A stretch of DNA of 64,000 bases from an uncultured Ectothiorhodospiraceae bacterium (GCA_937141935.1 CAKZQS010000043.1:25152-89151), one strand, 5' to 3'; numbered from the stretch's first letter, positions 17,701-26,842 are shown. Program-made: numbers and translations. Notes: a model not told the origin generated them from the letters alone.

Positions 17701-19691
17701 CCCAGGTTGCCCGCCGCGAACACCGGGATCACGCCGGCGTCGTAGAGCTGCTTGATGGCAAGCGAGCTGGCGCTGGTCGGGTCGAAGCGGAAGCCCGAAC
17801 CCAGGCCGGGGCCGTAGGAGTGGTTGCTGACGCGGATGTTGAAGCGCTCGCGCTGGGTCAGCACATAGTCGATGCCCTCCAGCGAGAACAGATAGGGCGC
17901 GCCCACGTCGACCGCGATGCCGACCACATCGGAGGCCGGTGCCACGCCACGGTACTGGCCGCCGGAGGCGCTGCCGTCGCCGACGATGGTGCCGGCGATA
18001 TGCGTGCCGTGGCCTTCGTTGGTTTCGGTGTTGATCGCCTCGACGGCCTGCGTCTGCAGCATGCGCACGTTGTGCACCACGCCGGCCAGGTCGCCCTGCG
18101 TCTTGTCGACGCCGGTATCGATGATCGCGACACCCACGCCGGCGCCTTGCAGCCCCAGCTCGGGGGTGGCGAAGTGGGCGCGGGCGTCGTCAACGCCGAT
18201 CAGCGGCACCGAGCTGTTCAGCAGCGGCACGTCGGCTGGCGGCGCCCAGAAGGAAATCAGCGGCAGCCCGTCGAGCGTGCTGCGCAGCGACTCGATCCAG
18301 GCCGGCGTCAGCACTTCGGCGTGCACGCGCAGCGCATGCAGCTCGCGGTAGGCGAAGGCACGCTGCCGTTCGGCGGCGCTCAGCGGGCCCAGCGGCTGCA
18401 GCAGGCGCTCCAGCGCCGCATCGCGGCCGGTGGCCGAGGCGAAGCTGAGCACAACATCGCCGGGCAGGTCCCAATCCAGCGTCGGGTCGACGCTGGCGAC
18501 GCCGGCGCCGACCGGCAGGTCATGGAAGCTCACCTCGCAGGCGCTCGGCGGGCCGATGTCCACGGTCACGGTGCCGCGGAAGGTCGTGTTACGGCTGACG
18601 TAACCATAGGCCTCGACGGCGTAGTCGCCGCTGGCCGGGTCGAGCAGGCGGATGCGTTCGACGCCGCGGCCACCGGTGTTGCCGCTCTCGGCCACGCTGC
18701 TGGCGCCGCCGGGCTGGTCCAGGCGCATGTCCAGGTCGTCGCTGACGCCGTCCCACTGGATGGCCACTTCCATCTCGGCAATGTCGCAGCCGCTGGGCAG
18801 CTGCAAGGTATGCGTGGCCGGGGCCGGCGTGCCGGCACCCAGCGCCGTCGTGCCGACCTGGTCCGTCCATTGCTCAATGACGTGCCGGCCCGGGGCCAGC
18901 GCGCAGTTGCCGGCGCCCAGGTCGAGCGAGTAATCGGCATCGTCGTCGAGGATCACCGCGTTATGGCTGCGGCGGCTGCCGAGCCCGGCATTGACGGGGT
19001 TGAACAGGCCCAGACGGATGTTCTCGCGGCCTTCGGTCTCGTAGTCATCGGTGACGGCCAGCTCGATGATTTTGACCCCGGTCTCGCCGTTGGCCCAGTT
19101 CAGCAGGCCACCCTGCTGCGGGAAGTCCACACGGGCGGTCGCACTGCCCCCGGTCGGGGCCCAGCGCACGCTGGCCTCGCCCGTCGAACCGCTGACGCGC
19201 TCCACGGCGATGCGGGTGCCGCGGGTGCCTTCCGCGAAGCGGGTGGAGCGCTCGACGAACTGCAGCACGCCTGCGCCGCTGTCGTTGTCGTCGAGCAGAA
19301 TCTTCAGGTCGCGGTACTTGCCAAAGCCAGCGCCGACGGGGTTGTAGAGCCGCAGGAAGATGGTCTCGCGCCCTTCGCTGCTGTCATCGTCGGTCAGCGC
19401 GAAGGCCACCTGCTTGATGCCGGCCTCGCCGTCATCCCAGCTCAGGACCTCGGCCTGCGCCGGGTAGTCCTGGCCCTGCGTGGCCGTGCCGCCACTGACG
19501 CCAAGCCGGATCGCGGCGACGCCGCTGGCGCCGCCCACCCGCTCGACTTGCAGGGTGACCGAAGCATCCCCTTCGCTGGCCCGGAGCGTGCCGGGAACGA
19601 ACTGAATGGAACCGGCATCGCTCTGAGCGTGCAGGGGCAAACAAAAAACGGCCAGCATGGCCAGCAGGCAAACGCGAAGCGGCGTTAACAT
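14784..19691 (-). CDS. Large secreted multidomain protease with two subtilase (S8) catalytic domains, Calx-beta and beta-sandwich modules
   Basis: 1635 aa with signal peptide MLTPLRVCLLAMLAVFCLPLHAQ. Two Calx-beta-like modules (about aa 27-250). S8 domain 1 has the triad motifs AIIDTGVD (D525), NEGHGTHIAG (H561) and SGTSMAAPHVVG (S746). Three acidic Cys-bounded repeats follow. S8 domain 2 has VSVLDTGT (D1218), GEHGVGTAAA (H1319) and SGTSFATPRSAG (S1470). Codon positions were checked against the DNA. Confidence 0.85.
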   Translation of the reverse strand: MLTPLRVCLLAMLAVFCLPLHAQSDAGSIQFVPGTLRASEGDASVTLQVERVGGASGVAAIRLGVSGGTATQGQDYPAQAEVLSWDDGEAGIKQVAFALTDDDSSEGRETIFLRLYNPVGAGFGKYRDLKILLDDNDSGAGVLQFVERSTRFAEGTRGTRIAVERVSGSTGEASVRWAPTGGSATARVDFPQQGGLLNWANGETGVKIIELAVTDDYETEGRENIRLGLFNPVNAGLGSRRSHNAVILDDDADYSLDLGAGNCALAPGRHVIEQWTDQVGTTALGAGTPAPATHTLQLPSGCDIAEMEVAIQWDGVSDDLDMRLDQPGGASSVAESGNTGGRGVERIRLLDPASGDYAVEAYGYVSRNTTFRGTVTVDIGPPSACEVSFHDLPVGAGVASVDPTLDWDLPGDVVLSFASATGRDAALERLLQPLGPLSAAERQRAFAYRELHALRVHAEVLTPAWIESLRSTLDGLPLISFWAPPADVPLLNSSVPLIGVDDARAHFATPELGLQGAGVGVAIIDTGVDKTQGDLAGVVHNVRMLQTQAVEAINTETNEGHGTHIAGTIVGDGSASGGQYRGVAPASDVVGIAVDVGAPYLFSLEGIDYVLTQRERFNIRVSNHSYGPGLGSGFRFDPTSASSLAIKQLYDAGVIPVFAAGNLGPANDTIGPDAQHPCVISVANGDRNYELADSSSRGTPDNTTAPGPDITAPGTRITASRALNGATSTPLANTSNPRYATISGTSMAAPHVVGVIALMLEANPALDFEGVYDILQSTARAMPGYQPHEVGAGYVDALGAVAAALQRNKPQDGYDVDVGGGATRVYERSATAGTYLGVLCTGCPAEGGTIVPHAFDFVLPASLNDVEQLRFVVRWQSAVDQLGLDVYGPDNDSALRGSSYTLASGMQEVVLTPQAPANAVATGRYRIEVSETLLNLGAAFTVEVDVVRADAAPTRTLRSTEFQRASQQPAQCADGVDNDGDGLTDLADPGCSSSIDDDETDPPPPSACSNGLDDDGDGWTDMQDAGCSASADNDETDAGTTQCSNGLDDDGDGAIDAADSGCADGRDTSEGGAPPPSCTLPAGEQVLHSFSGMVGTAALYAAPLGGNTVTENVQVALPAGCTATAVTVEIRWDLVAEDLDLEVDAHGRTETAARTQLAAGEAAERVSFAAPEINGDYVIRTQGFVSADTPFEGEVRVTIAAGGTPPNNAARVIVSVLDTGTLPYHDYFHAGSPIYANAAPSAVTPAVLAELGIGPSHQIELTRTGNFAADYAADAAIWANIQPGELYWFKGTNLIAVSYDSAPGRRPILPDPGDTSGEHGVGTAAAVLQANPEAIVLFVEFGASIGDAQAESLGFLHPSVDIVSTSYGFQDPVLGTGLPLPFTGPAAEAVIDQGKVHFSSAANSADPFTPEAGGAGPWWTVAIAGIEEGSSEGRTTVSGYFIDFVSDFTQQLPYCFECESGLDDRVSGTSFATPRSAGVASKVLLEARRSLGHVGGIRNVGGQPVLAAGLGQSITTWQLRRALEVGAYVDRLEDYNPVTAVFDLGAQPPIDAAPWATLGWGNLSALPDKAVVAETLAQLGFGSGSRTKAAEFCDFQTANIRRRKTYWDAPGPGWFFNSYDTPADDPFLYCGSVIP
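16482..16778 (-). repeat. Three tandem coding repeats: Cys-bounded acidic DxDxDG-type motif
   Basis: CADGVDNDGDGLTDLADPGC / CSNGLDDDGDGWTDMQDAGC / CSNGLDDDGDGAIDAADSGC, each followed by an acidic linker. They resemble thrombospondin-type-3 / MopE-like Ca2+/metal-binding repeats. Confidence 0.7.
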
Positions 19692-20009
19692 TGGTCAGGA
19701 ACTCCCAGGCAGCACACGGCGCATGCGCGCCGAATTAGTCGGTCGTCAAACCAGACAGCTGCACGTAGGGAAGCCCGCGCGGCGGCAAGGCCACAGCGCG
19801 TACGCGGCATCCATGCCACGCCAATCCCAGATTCTCCAGTACCCGCAGGCCGAGTTCGACAGGGTCGTAATCTCGCCTTGACGGCAATCTATAGTTGTGT
19901 TTCGAGTCTAAGCGAGGCGTCGGAGGCACGCAAATCGCCCCCGTGGACAGGGGTTTGCAGCTGTGTGCGGGGCGTGATTCGCGCCGAGTGTTGCGCCCGG
20001 CGCACCCCC

Positions 20010-21200
20010 TCAGGCCTGCGGGCGACGCAGCCTGGCGAAATAGTCCTGCAGCTGGGGGATTACGGCGCCGGCGCTGTGCTTCTCCACCACCAGGGTGCGG
20101 GCCGCCGCGCCGATGGCGCGGGTCTGCTCCGGGTTGTCCAGTGCCGTGATGATCGCCTGGGCGAGGACCTCGGCATCGGCATCCTCGGGCGCAAGCAGCG
20201 CCGTCTGTCCGTCGCGCACCAGCTCGCCGCTGATCCAGCTGGCCGCTGTCAGCAGCACGGGCAATGCGCAGGCCATCGCCTCCAGCAGCGCGGAGGGCAC
20301 CCCTTCCTGGCGCGAGGGCAGCACCATCAGGTCCGCGGCGCGGTAGTAGCGTTCGACATCACGCACTTCGCCCACAAACTCGCAAGCCGAACCCAGAGCC
20401 AGCTCCTGCGCCAGGGCGCGCAGCCGCTGCGGGTAGTCCCGATTGTGATCGCCGGTGGCGCCATCCCACTTGGCGCCGGGGCCCACCAGCAGCAGTCGGA
20501 CATTGGGGTGGGCACGGCGCACGGCCGGCAGGGCGCGGATCAGCAGGTCCGGCCGCTTGCGCGCGTTGAGCACGCCGGTGAACAACAGTACCGGCTGGTG
20601 ATTGTCCAGCCCCAATTCGGCGCGGAGCTGGCGCCGCTCTGTTTCGGGCAGTGGCGAGTAGTGTTCGCAGTCCATCAGCTTGGGCAGGACGCGCATCTGT
20701 GTCGTGGGCCGCACATAGGGCCGGGACAGGCGCGCGAATTCCTCGCTGATCAGCAGGTAGCCGCGCACCGTGGCGAAGCTGCGCAGTCGTGCGGGGCCCA
20801 GCTTCGCCTGCAGGGAGGCCAGGTCATCCAGCCCCACGGCCGTCATGCGCAGGCTGACGGGGATGCGATACAGGGCGGCGATCCAGCGCAGCGGCCGCCA
20901 GCGCAGCGGCATGTTGGCGAACTGGATCACGCTCACACCCCGGCCGTGCCACAGCAACCACCAGGCGCATTGCAGGTGAAAGAGCGGCGCCGGGTGGCGG
21001 CGCCAGCGGACGGTGTAGCGGCGGATGCGGACACCGTCGATGTCCTCGCGCGCGGGAACCGCATCGCCCCGGCGCCGAGTCGACAACAACGTGCACGGCA
21101 CCCCTGCGCTGCTGAGTGCGCGCGCGGTCAGCAGCAGCGACTGGCCGGCGCCGCTGTAATAGGGCGGCGCCAGGCGCGCGATGATCAGAACCTGCTTCAT
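20010..21200 (-). CDS. Glycosyltransferase, GT4 family
   Basis: ORF 20010..21242; ATG at 21200 (MKQVLIIARLAPPYYSGAGQ). C-terminal motifs LMVLPSRQEGVPSALLEAMACALPVL (EX7E region). Confidence 0.8.
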   Translation of the reverse strand: MKQVLIIARLAPPYYSGAGQSLLLTARALSSAGVPCTLLSTRRRGDAVPAREDIDGVRIRRYTVRWRRHPAPLFHLQCAWWLLWHGRGVSVIQFANMPLRWRPLRWIAALYRIPVSLRMTAVGLDDLASLQAKLGPARLRSFATVRGYLLISEEFARLSRPYVRPTTQMRVLPKLMDCEHYSPLPETERRQLRAELGLDNHQPVLLFTGVLNARKRPDLLIRALPAVRRAHPNVRLLLVGPGAKWDGATGDHNRDYPQRLRALAQELALGSACEFVGEVRDVERYYRAADLMVLPSRQEGVPSALLEAMACALPVLLTAASWISGELVRDGQTALLAPEDADAEVLAQAIITALDNPEQTRAIGAAARTLVVEKHSAGAVIPQLQDYFARLRRPQA

Positions 21201-21282
21201 CCGCGCGGGGTCGCCGCCATTAGGAAGCGCGTGCGCCGGCAACGCCGGTGGCTGGCCACGATGAGAATCGCGCGCACGCCGC

Positions 21283-22143
21283 TCATTCCCACTCCGAGTA
21301 GCGCCGGCCCAGTGCCGCGAACAGCAGGCTCACCTCGGGCGCGAAATGCTCGCGCACCTCGGCAGGGATGCGCGGCGCGCTGGCTGCGCGCGGCGCGCGG
21401 TTGAAGCGCTTGGCCAACCCGCGACCCCAGCGCTGCAGGCCGAGCGCCGCCCGCAGCCCGCGTAGCCGCAGCAGCGTGCGATGCAGGGCCACGGAGCGCA
21501 GCCGCTGGCCGGCGTTGTGAGTCGGGAAGTCGCTGCGGCCGTCGTCGTCCAGGCCCAGGAAGTGCTGCAGCTGCTGCCATTGGCCGCGCGGGTCGCGACG
21601 CACATCGTCGAGCACGACCAGGTGCAGCTGCGAGGCCGGCACCTGCTGCTGCAGGCGGGCGAGCTGGCTGCCGATGCGGCAGGAGTCGGGGTAGCGCAGG
21701 TAGGCCGGCTCGCTGACCCAGGGGCCGAGCTGCCGGCCCTGGGCGCGGGCCGGCGCGGCCTGCCAGGCCTGCAGGAAGTCGGCGATGTGTTCCCGGCCGC
21801 TGAGCAGAAAGTGCGCATGCAGCGAGGCCGCCATCTCGGCCGGGTCGCGCAGGCAGACAATGAATCGCGCCCGCGGCCAGCGGCGCAGTATCGTCGGCAC
21901 GGCCTGCTCGGAATGCAGATACCAGGTCGAGGCCTCGGCAATCACGCGCGCGCTGCCGGCCTGCGCGAACAGGGCCTGGTAGTCCGCTTCGCTGTGCACG
22001 TTGCGGAAGGCGTGGTCGGTGTTGAAGTAGTGCGGCTCCTTGAGGGGCGACACGTAGGCCTGCGGGTGCTCGGCCAGCCAGCGCGCCAGGCTGGTGGTGC
22101 CGCATTTCGGGGCCCCGACGATGAAGGTGTTGGGTTCAGGCAT
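21283..22143 (-). CDS. Sulfotransferase
   Basis: ATG at 22143 (MPEPNTFIVGAPKCGTTSLARWL). 5'-PSB loop PKCGTTSL and 3'-PB motif LRDPAEMAAS. Confidence 0.8.
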   Translation of the reverse strand: MPEPNTFIVGAPKCGTTSLARWLAEHPQAYVSPLKEPHYFNTDHAFRNVHSEADYQALFAQAGSARVIAEASTWYLHSEQAVPTILRRWPRARFIVCLRDPAEMAASLHAHFLLSGREHIADFLQAWQAAPARAQGRQLGPWVSEPAYLRYPDSCRIGSQLARLQQQVPASQLHLVVLDDVRRDPRGQWQQLQHFLGLDDDGRSDFPTHNAGQRLRSVALHRTLLRLRGLRAALGLQRWGRGLAKRFNRAPRAASAPRIPAEVREHFAPEVSLLFAALGRRYSEWE

Positions 22144-23452
22144 GGTGGCGCGAATGCAACGCTCGCACGCCGGCGGGCTCCGCGGAATCGGCGGGCCCTG
22201 CGGGCTCTGGCGCGCTGCCATCCTCTGCCGCGGCGGGGTACGCGCTGGCGGCCGCGGCACGCGGGACCCAGCCCAGGCCGAACATCAGAGCCAGCAGGCA
22301 ATAGGTCAGCTGCGAATGTCCGTGGCCGGTGCCCAGCGCGCTGATGCACAGCGTGAAGAAGGCGATGCGCGCGCCCGGGTTGCCCAGATGCGCGAGCAGC
22401 GTGACCCGGCGGTACAGGGCGGCGAAGGCCAGCAGGAACAGCGTCAGCCCTATCAGCCCCGTCTCGGTCGCGATGTCCAGATAGGTGTTGTGGGCCGCCT
22501 TGGCCTCGCCAAACAGCGGCGCCAGCGCGAGGTTGAAATTGGATAAGCCCACGCCGAGCAGCGGGTTGTCCAGAAGGACCTGCAGGCCACCTTCCCAGAT
22601 CGGTTTGCGGCTGCTCCAGGTGCCCTCGGTCAGCTCCTGGCCCAGCGTGCCAAGCCGCTCCAGGGCGGCGGTCGAAATCGGCAGCAGCCCCGAGGCCGCG
22701 AGCAGGCCCACCGCGACCACGCCCGCCAGCACGAAGCCCCGCAGCCGGTTATCGCGTTCCAGCAGGAACATCGCGCCCAGCGCGAAGACCATGCAGACCA
22801 GGCCGCCCCGGGAACCCGAGCCCAGGACCGCGACGATGCCCAGCGCCAGGAACAGCCCGTGGCAAAGTCGCACTCGCGGGTCCGTGCTGCTGCGCAGGCG
22901 CACAATCGACAGCGGCAGCGTGATCGCGATCATCTGCGCGTAGACGTTGGGGTTCGCCAGGCTGCCCGAAAAGCGCATCGCGCCCGGCGTGGCTCGGTTA
23001 AAGATCTCGGCGACCGGGCCCGGGAGGGTCAGCAGCAGCGACACGATGAAGCCGGCGACGAACAGGTCCAGGTAGCGGTCGTAGTCGCGGGGCTGGTGCG
23101 AGATTTGCCAGACGGCCAGCAGCAGCAACAGGCCCTTGAGCATGATCCAGAAGCCGAAGGCGGCCAGCCCGGGGTTGATGGCCCAGGCCGTGGTCCAGAA
23201 GGCCCAGGCATAAAACAGCAGCAGCCGCCGGTGAAACTGCGCCAAAACGACCGTGCGTCGCAGCAGCAGGGCGAGGCCGGCCATCAGCAGCACCAGCATG
23301 CCCAGCAGGCGTGAGGAGCGCATTCCGCCGACCACGAACAGCTCGCTCCACGGGGCGACGAAGAAATACAGGCCGGCCGCCGCGACCAGCAGGCGGCCAA
23401 GGCTGTTATCCCTACGGGGTGGGTTATCGGTGGGCGGCGTGGCGAAGAGCAT
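22136..23452 (-). CDS. O-antigen ligase/polymerase-family membrane protein (Wzy_C domain)
   Basis: Polytopic. Motifs GSGSRGGL, a periplasmic loop RKPIWEGGLQVLLDNPLLGVGLSNF, and AAHNTYLDIATETGLIGL. Start at ATG 23452 is inferred and overlaps the upstream gene end by 29 nt. Confidence 0.7.
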   Translation of the reverse strand: MLFATPPTDNPPRRDNSLGRLLVAAAGLYFFVAPWSELFVVGGMRSSRLLGMLVLLMAGLALLLRRTVVLAQFHRRLLLFYAWAFWTTAWAINPGLAAFGFWIMLKGLLLLLAVWQISHQPRDYDRYLDLFVAGFIVSLLLTLPGPVAEIFNRATPGAMRFSGSLANPNVYAQMIAITLPLSIVRLRSSTDPRVRLCHGLFLALGIVAVLGSGSRGGLVCMVFALGAMFLLERDNRLRGFVLAGVVAVGLLAASGLLPISTAALERLGTLGQELTEGTWSSRKPIWEGGLQVLLDNPLLGVGLSNFNLALAPLFGEAKAAHNTYLDIATETGLIGLTLFLLAFAALYRRVTLLAHLGNPGARIAFFTLCISALGTGHGHSQLTYCLLALMFGLGWVPRAAAASAYPAAAEDGSAPEPAGPADSAEPAGVRALHSRHHA

Positions 23453-24572
23453 CCAGCTGCGCCTCGTAGCGTTGAACCATGGCGGCTTCGGTGTAGCGTT
23501 GCTGCAACAGGGTGGCAGCGTACGCCACAGCGGGCGCCTCGGCCGCAAGCGTCGCCGCATCCACGCCCTGCAGAGCCTGCTGCATCTGCATGACGGACGT
23601 AAACAGCCGCCCCGCGTCGCCCTCCTCCAGCAGGTAGGGCACGCCGCCCACGGCCATGGACCACACGGGTATGCGCAGCGCGAAGGCCTCCAGCACCACA
23701 TGCGGGCAGGCCTCGGTGCGGGAGGGCAGCAGCAGCAGGTCGCACCCCGCCAGCAGGCCCATGGGTTCGTCCAGCCAACCGTGAAAGACGACCCGGCCCG
23801 CGGCGATTTCCTCGGCCAATTCGGCGCGCAGACCGGCCGCCAGGTCGCCGTCGCCGGCCAGGTGGAACTGCAGCTGGGGCGCGGCCCGGACCAGATCCGG
23901 CAGGCGGTCGGCCCCCTTCTCGATCGTCAGACGGCCGATTACCGCGACCCGCAGCGGCGCCTTGCCCGAGCCTGCCGTGCGCTCCGGCAGGCTGGCTGGC
24001 AAGTCGATGCCGTTGGGGATCAGCTCGATGGGATAGCGGCCGAAGGGCGAGTCTCGCAGGTAGTCCCGCGCGTTCGGCGCTACCGCCGCGAGTCGGTCGC
24101 GGTCGTCCAGGGCGGCCGCCGCCAGCCGCATCGCCAGGCGCATCCGCCACTGCGACACATGCGGGAATTCGGACAGCACGCCCCTCTGCACCATCAACAG
24201 CGGGACGTGCGGGTGCAAACGCAGCCGCCGGATCAGCAGGAAGGGCAGCAGCGTCGTGAAGCCGCTGGCCAGGATCACCTCCGGGCGGTGCTGGCGCAGC
24301 ATGCGCAACACCGGCAGCACGCCGAAGGCCTGGCGTGCCGAGATCAGCGGCGCCAGGGCCGGCAGGCGCCCCGCCACCAGTGGCGGCGGCTCGTCGCCCA
24401 GCGGCGCCCGCAGCAGCAGCGCAGTATCATGGCTGGCGCATAAATGTGGGTAGATCGTGCGCACCCAGCGCAGCGTGCCGCCGGGGCCGCTGTCCGCCGT
24501 TATCAACAGCAGCCGCGGTTTGCCCTCGCGGCCGGATTGCAGTTCTTGAGCCACCTCGCTGCCCCTCTCCAC
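23424..24572 (-). CDS. Glycosyltransferase, GT4 family
   Basis: C-terminal LLLLPSRTEACPHVVLEAFALRIPV (EX7E region). The start is ambiguous: GTG 24572 or 24554 would avoid overlapping the divergent gene, whereas ATG 24653 and GTG 24692 would overlap it. Confidence 0.7.
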   Translation of the reverse strand: MERGSEVAQELQSGREGKPRLLLITADSGPGGTLRWVRTIYPHLCASHDTALLLRAPLGDEPPPLVAGRLPALAPLISARQAFGVLPVLRMLRQHRPEVILASGFTTLLPFLLIRRLRLHPHVPLLMVQRGVLSEFPHVSQWRMRLAMRLAAAALDDRDRLAAVAPNARDYLRDSPFGRYPIELIPNGIDLPASLPERTAGSGKAPLRVAVIGRLTIEKGADRLPDLVRAAPQLQFHLAGDGDLAAGLRAELAEEIAAGRVVFHGWLDEPMGLLAGCDLLLLPSRTEACPHVVLEAFALRIPVWSMAVGGVPYLLEEGDAGRLFTSVMQMQQALQGVDAATLAAEAPAVAYAATLLQQRYTEAAMVQRYEAQLDALRHAAHR

Positions 24573-24605
24573 GCTCAGCCCCCGCCGCGACCCGAGGATC
24601 GGGCC

Positions 24606-25670
24606 GTGCCGGCCGTCGTCATTGACGGCATCGTGTTTTCCTTGCAAAGCCATGGGGGCATTTCGGAAAGTGTCGTCCGGCAGCTGTTCCACCTGGCCGA
24701 GGCGCCGCTGCGCCTGCGTCTCCTATTGTATCCCCAGCATCAGGCGAACCGGCCGCTGCAGACCATCCTGGAGCACCTGCGAGCCGCGCCGACGGTCGAG
24801 ATTCAGGAGCTCGGTGGCCGGCCGCAGTGGGAGCGTTGGCGCCCTTGCGGCGCCGACCTGGACGGCGCCGATGTGTTCCACTCGACCTACTACCGGCTGC
24901 CGCGGGACCCCGGGCCCGCGGTGCTGACCACCGTGCATGATCTGCTGCACCTGCGCTACCGCCGTGGGTTGCGGCGCGCGGCGCTGACGACACTGATCGA
25001 GCGCGCGATCCATCGGGCCAGCCGCCTGGTGTGCGTTTCCGAGCAGACCTGCCGGCGAGTTGCGGCGCGCTACCCGGCGGCACCGCCGGCTGTCGTGTTG
25101 CCGCATGCGGCGGCCGCCGAGTTTCGCCCCCAGCCTGGTCGGCCGGCGGCGCCGCGCCAGTGCCTGTTTGTTGGCGAGCGCGGCGGATACAAGAACTTCG
25201 CCCTGGCCGTCGAGGCCGTGGCTCGCGTGCCGCAGGCGCACCTGGGCATCGTCGGCGGCGGTGCGCTCAGTCCGGCCGAGCAGCGCCGGCTGCAGCAGCG
25301 CTTGCCCGGCCGCTATCAGGTGCATGGCTGGGTCGACGCCGCGCGGCTGAATACTCTGTACAACGAGGCTCTGGCGCTGCTCTACCTGTCCCGCGAGGAG
25401 GGTTTTGGCATGCCGGTGCTGGAGGCCGCGAACGCGGGCTGCCCCGCCATCACCCTGCATGGCGCGGTGGCGGCGGAAGCGGGCGCGCGTGAGCAATGGA
25501 TGTGCGCGGAGGACCCCGCGGCCGTCGCCGACTGCCTGCGGGATCTGCTGGCGGCGCCTGCGGCACCGCGGCCACTGCACGGCACGCGAGCGTGGGCCGA
25601 CGTGGCCCGGGAACTGGCGGCGATCTACGCCGACCTGGCGGCCGGCCCCGAGCAGGAGGCGGCGCGGTGA
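24606..25670 (+). CDS. Glycosyltransferase, GT4 family
   Basis: GTG 24606 gives VPAVVIDGIVFSLQSHGGISESV, a typical GT4 N-terminus. C-terminal LLYLSREEGFGMPVLEAANAGCP. Confidence 0.75.
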   Translation: MPAVVIDGIVFSLQSHGGISESVVRQLFHLAEAPLRLRLLLYPQHQANRPLQTILEHLRAAPTVEIQELGGRPQWERWRPCGADLDGADVFHSTYYRLPRDPGPAVLTTVHDLLHLRYRRGLRRAALTTLIERAIHRASRLVCVSEQTCRRVAARYPAAPPAVVLPHAAAAEFRPQPGRPAAPRQCLFVGERGGYKNFALAVEAVARVPQAHLGIVGGGALSPAEQRRLQQRLPGRYQVHGWVDAARLNTLYNEALALLYLSREEGFGMPVLEAANAGCPAITLHGAVAAEAGAREQWMCAEDPAAVADCLRDLLAAPAAPRPLHGTRAWADVARELAAIYADLAAGPEQEAAR

Positions 25671-26842
25671 GCGCCGGGACGCTGCTGGGCTTCGCCCATG
25701 CCGACCCCTTCGACGCCGCGACCTGGTCGGGGTCCAGCGCCTATCTGTTTCGCGCGCTGCAGGCCGAGGGGCGGCTGGAAGACGCCGTCTCGGCCGCCTT
25801 GCCGCCCTGGGCCGAAAGCCTGCGCAAGGCCTGGAGTTTCCACCCGAGTCTGGACCGCTGGAAGGCGCGCTACGCCTCGGATTGGTACGCGGCGCCATGG
25901 ATGCGCAGCCTCGGGCGGCGGCGCGCCGGCCCCGCCATCGGCCGTGCGGGTGTCAGCCTGCAGGTCGGCGCCTGGTATGACTTCAGCGGGCTGGCCCCGC
26001 TGGCCACCTCTTACCACGACGGCAATTTCGCGGCCCGGCTGCACAGCCCCTGGGGGCGGACGGCGCTCAGCGCCTCGGCGGTGCGTCGCAAGCTGGAATT
26101 CGAACGTCGCATCTACGCCCGGCTGGACCTCATTTTCACGATGAGCGAGTGGCTGGCCGAGCGCTTCGTCGAGCACTACGCCGTGCCGCGGGAAAAACTG
26201 CGCCCCGTCTATGCCGGCATCAACATGCCGGACACCGCGCAGTGTCTGTCGCGCGATGAGGCCCGTCAGCGCCTGCTGTTCGTGGGCATCGATTTCCCGC
26301 GCAAGGGGGGCGAGGTGCTGCTGGAGGCCTTCCGGATGCTGCGCCAGCGGCTGCCCCGGGCGGAGCTGACCATCATCGGCCCGGCGCGGCCGCTGGCCGA
26401 CGTGCCCGGCGTGCGCTGGCGCGGGCACATATCCAAACATGACCCGCAGGGCCTGGCCGCACTGCGCGAGGAATACGACCGCGCCGACGTCTTCGTGCTG
26501 CCCACGCTCTACGAACCCTTTGGCATCGCCTATTGCGAAGCGATGGCGCGCGGGCTGCCCTGCGTCGGCACGCGGGTCTGTGCGGTTCCGGAGATCATCG
26601 CCGAAGGGGTCAGCGGAGAGCTGGTTCCGCCGGGGCAGGCCGAGCCGCTGGCCGCCGCCCTCCACGCGCTGCTCAGCCAGCCGCGGCAGGCGCGGGCGCT
26701 GGGCGCGGCCGGCTTCGCCCGCTATCGGCAGAACTTTCGCTGGCAGGCGGTGGCGCAACGGATGCTGGCGGCCTGCGACGAACTTGCAGCGTCCCGCCAG
26801 ACAGCCGCGGCAGCATCGCCAGCAGCCCCAGCAGCACGCTGA
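25667..26842 (+). CDS. Glycosyltransferase, GT4 family
   Basis: GTG 25667 overlaps the upstream stop (GTGA). Motifs FVGIDFPRKGG and VFVLPTLYEPFGIAYCEAMARGLPCVGT. Confidence 0.8.
   Translation: MSAGTLLGFAHADPFDAATWSGSSAYLFRALQAEGRLEDAVSAALPPWAESLRKAWSFHPSLDRWKARYASDWYAAPWMRSLGRRRAGPAIGRAGVSLQVGAWYDFSGLAPLATSYHDGNFAARLHSPWGRTALSASAVRRKLEFERRIYARLDLIFTMSEWLAERFVEHYAVPREKLRPVYAGINMPDTAQCLSRDEARQRLLFVGIDFPRKGGEVLLEAFRMLRQRLPRAELTIIGPARPLADVPGVRWRGHISKHDPQGLAALREEYDRADVFVLPTLYEPFGIAYCEAMARGLPCVGTRVCAVPEIIAEGVSGELVPPGQAEPLAAALHALLSQPRQARALGAAGFARYRQNFRWQAVAQRMLAACDELAASRQTAAAASPAAPAAR

Noticed and set aside
15156-19688. 1510-aa plus-strand ORF covering almost the whole dual-subtilase gene
   Set aside because: It is antisense to a frame that has clear signal peptide, Calx-beta and two S8 triad motifs. 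Its translation is R/G/A/V-rich low complexity with no motif. This is the typical shadow ORF of GC-rich DNA.
24573-24692. Longer N-terminal extensions of the minus-strand GT4 (ATG 24653, GTG 24692)
   Set aside because: They would overlap the divergent GT4 gene start (GTG 24606) head-to-head, and the extension has no GT4-like sequence. The start remains uncertain and is flagged as such.
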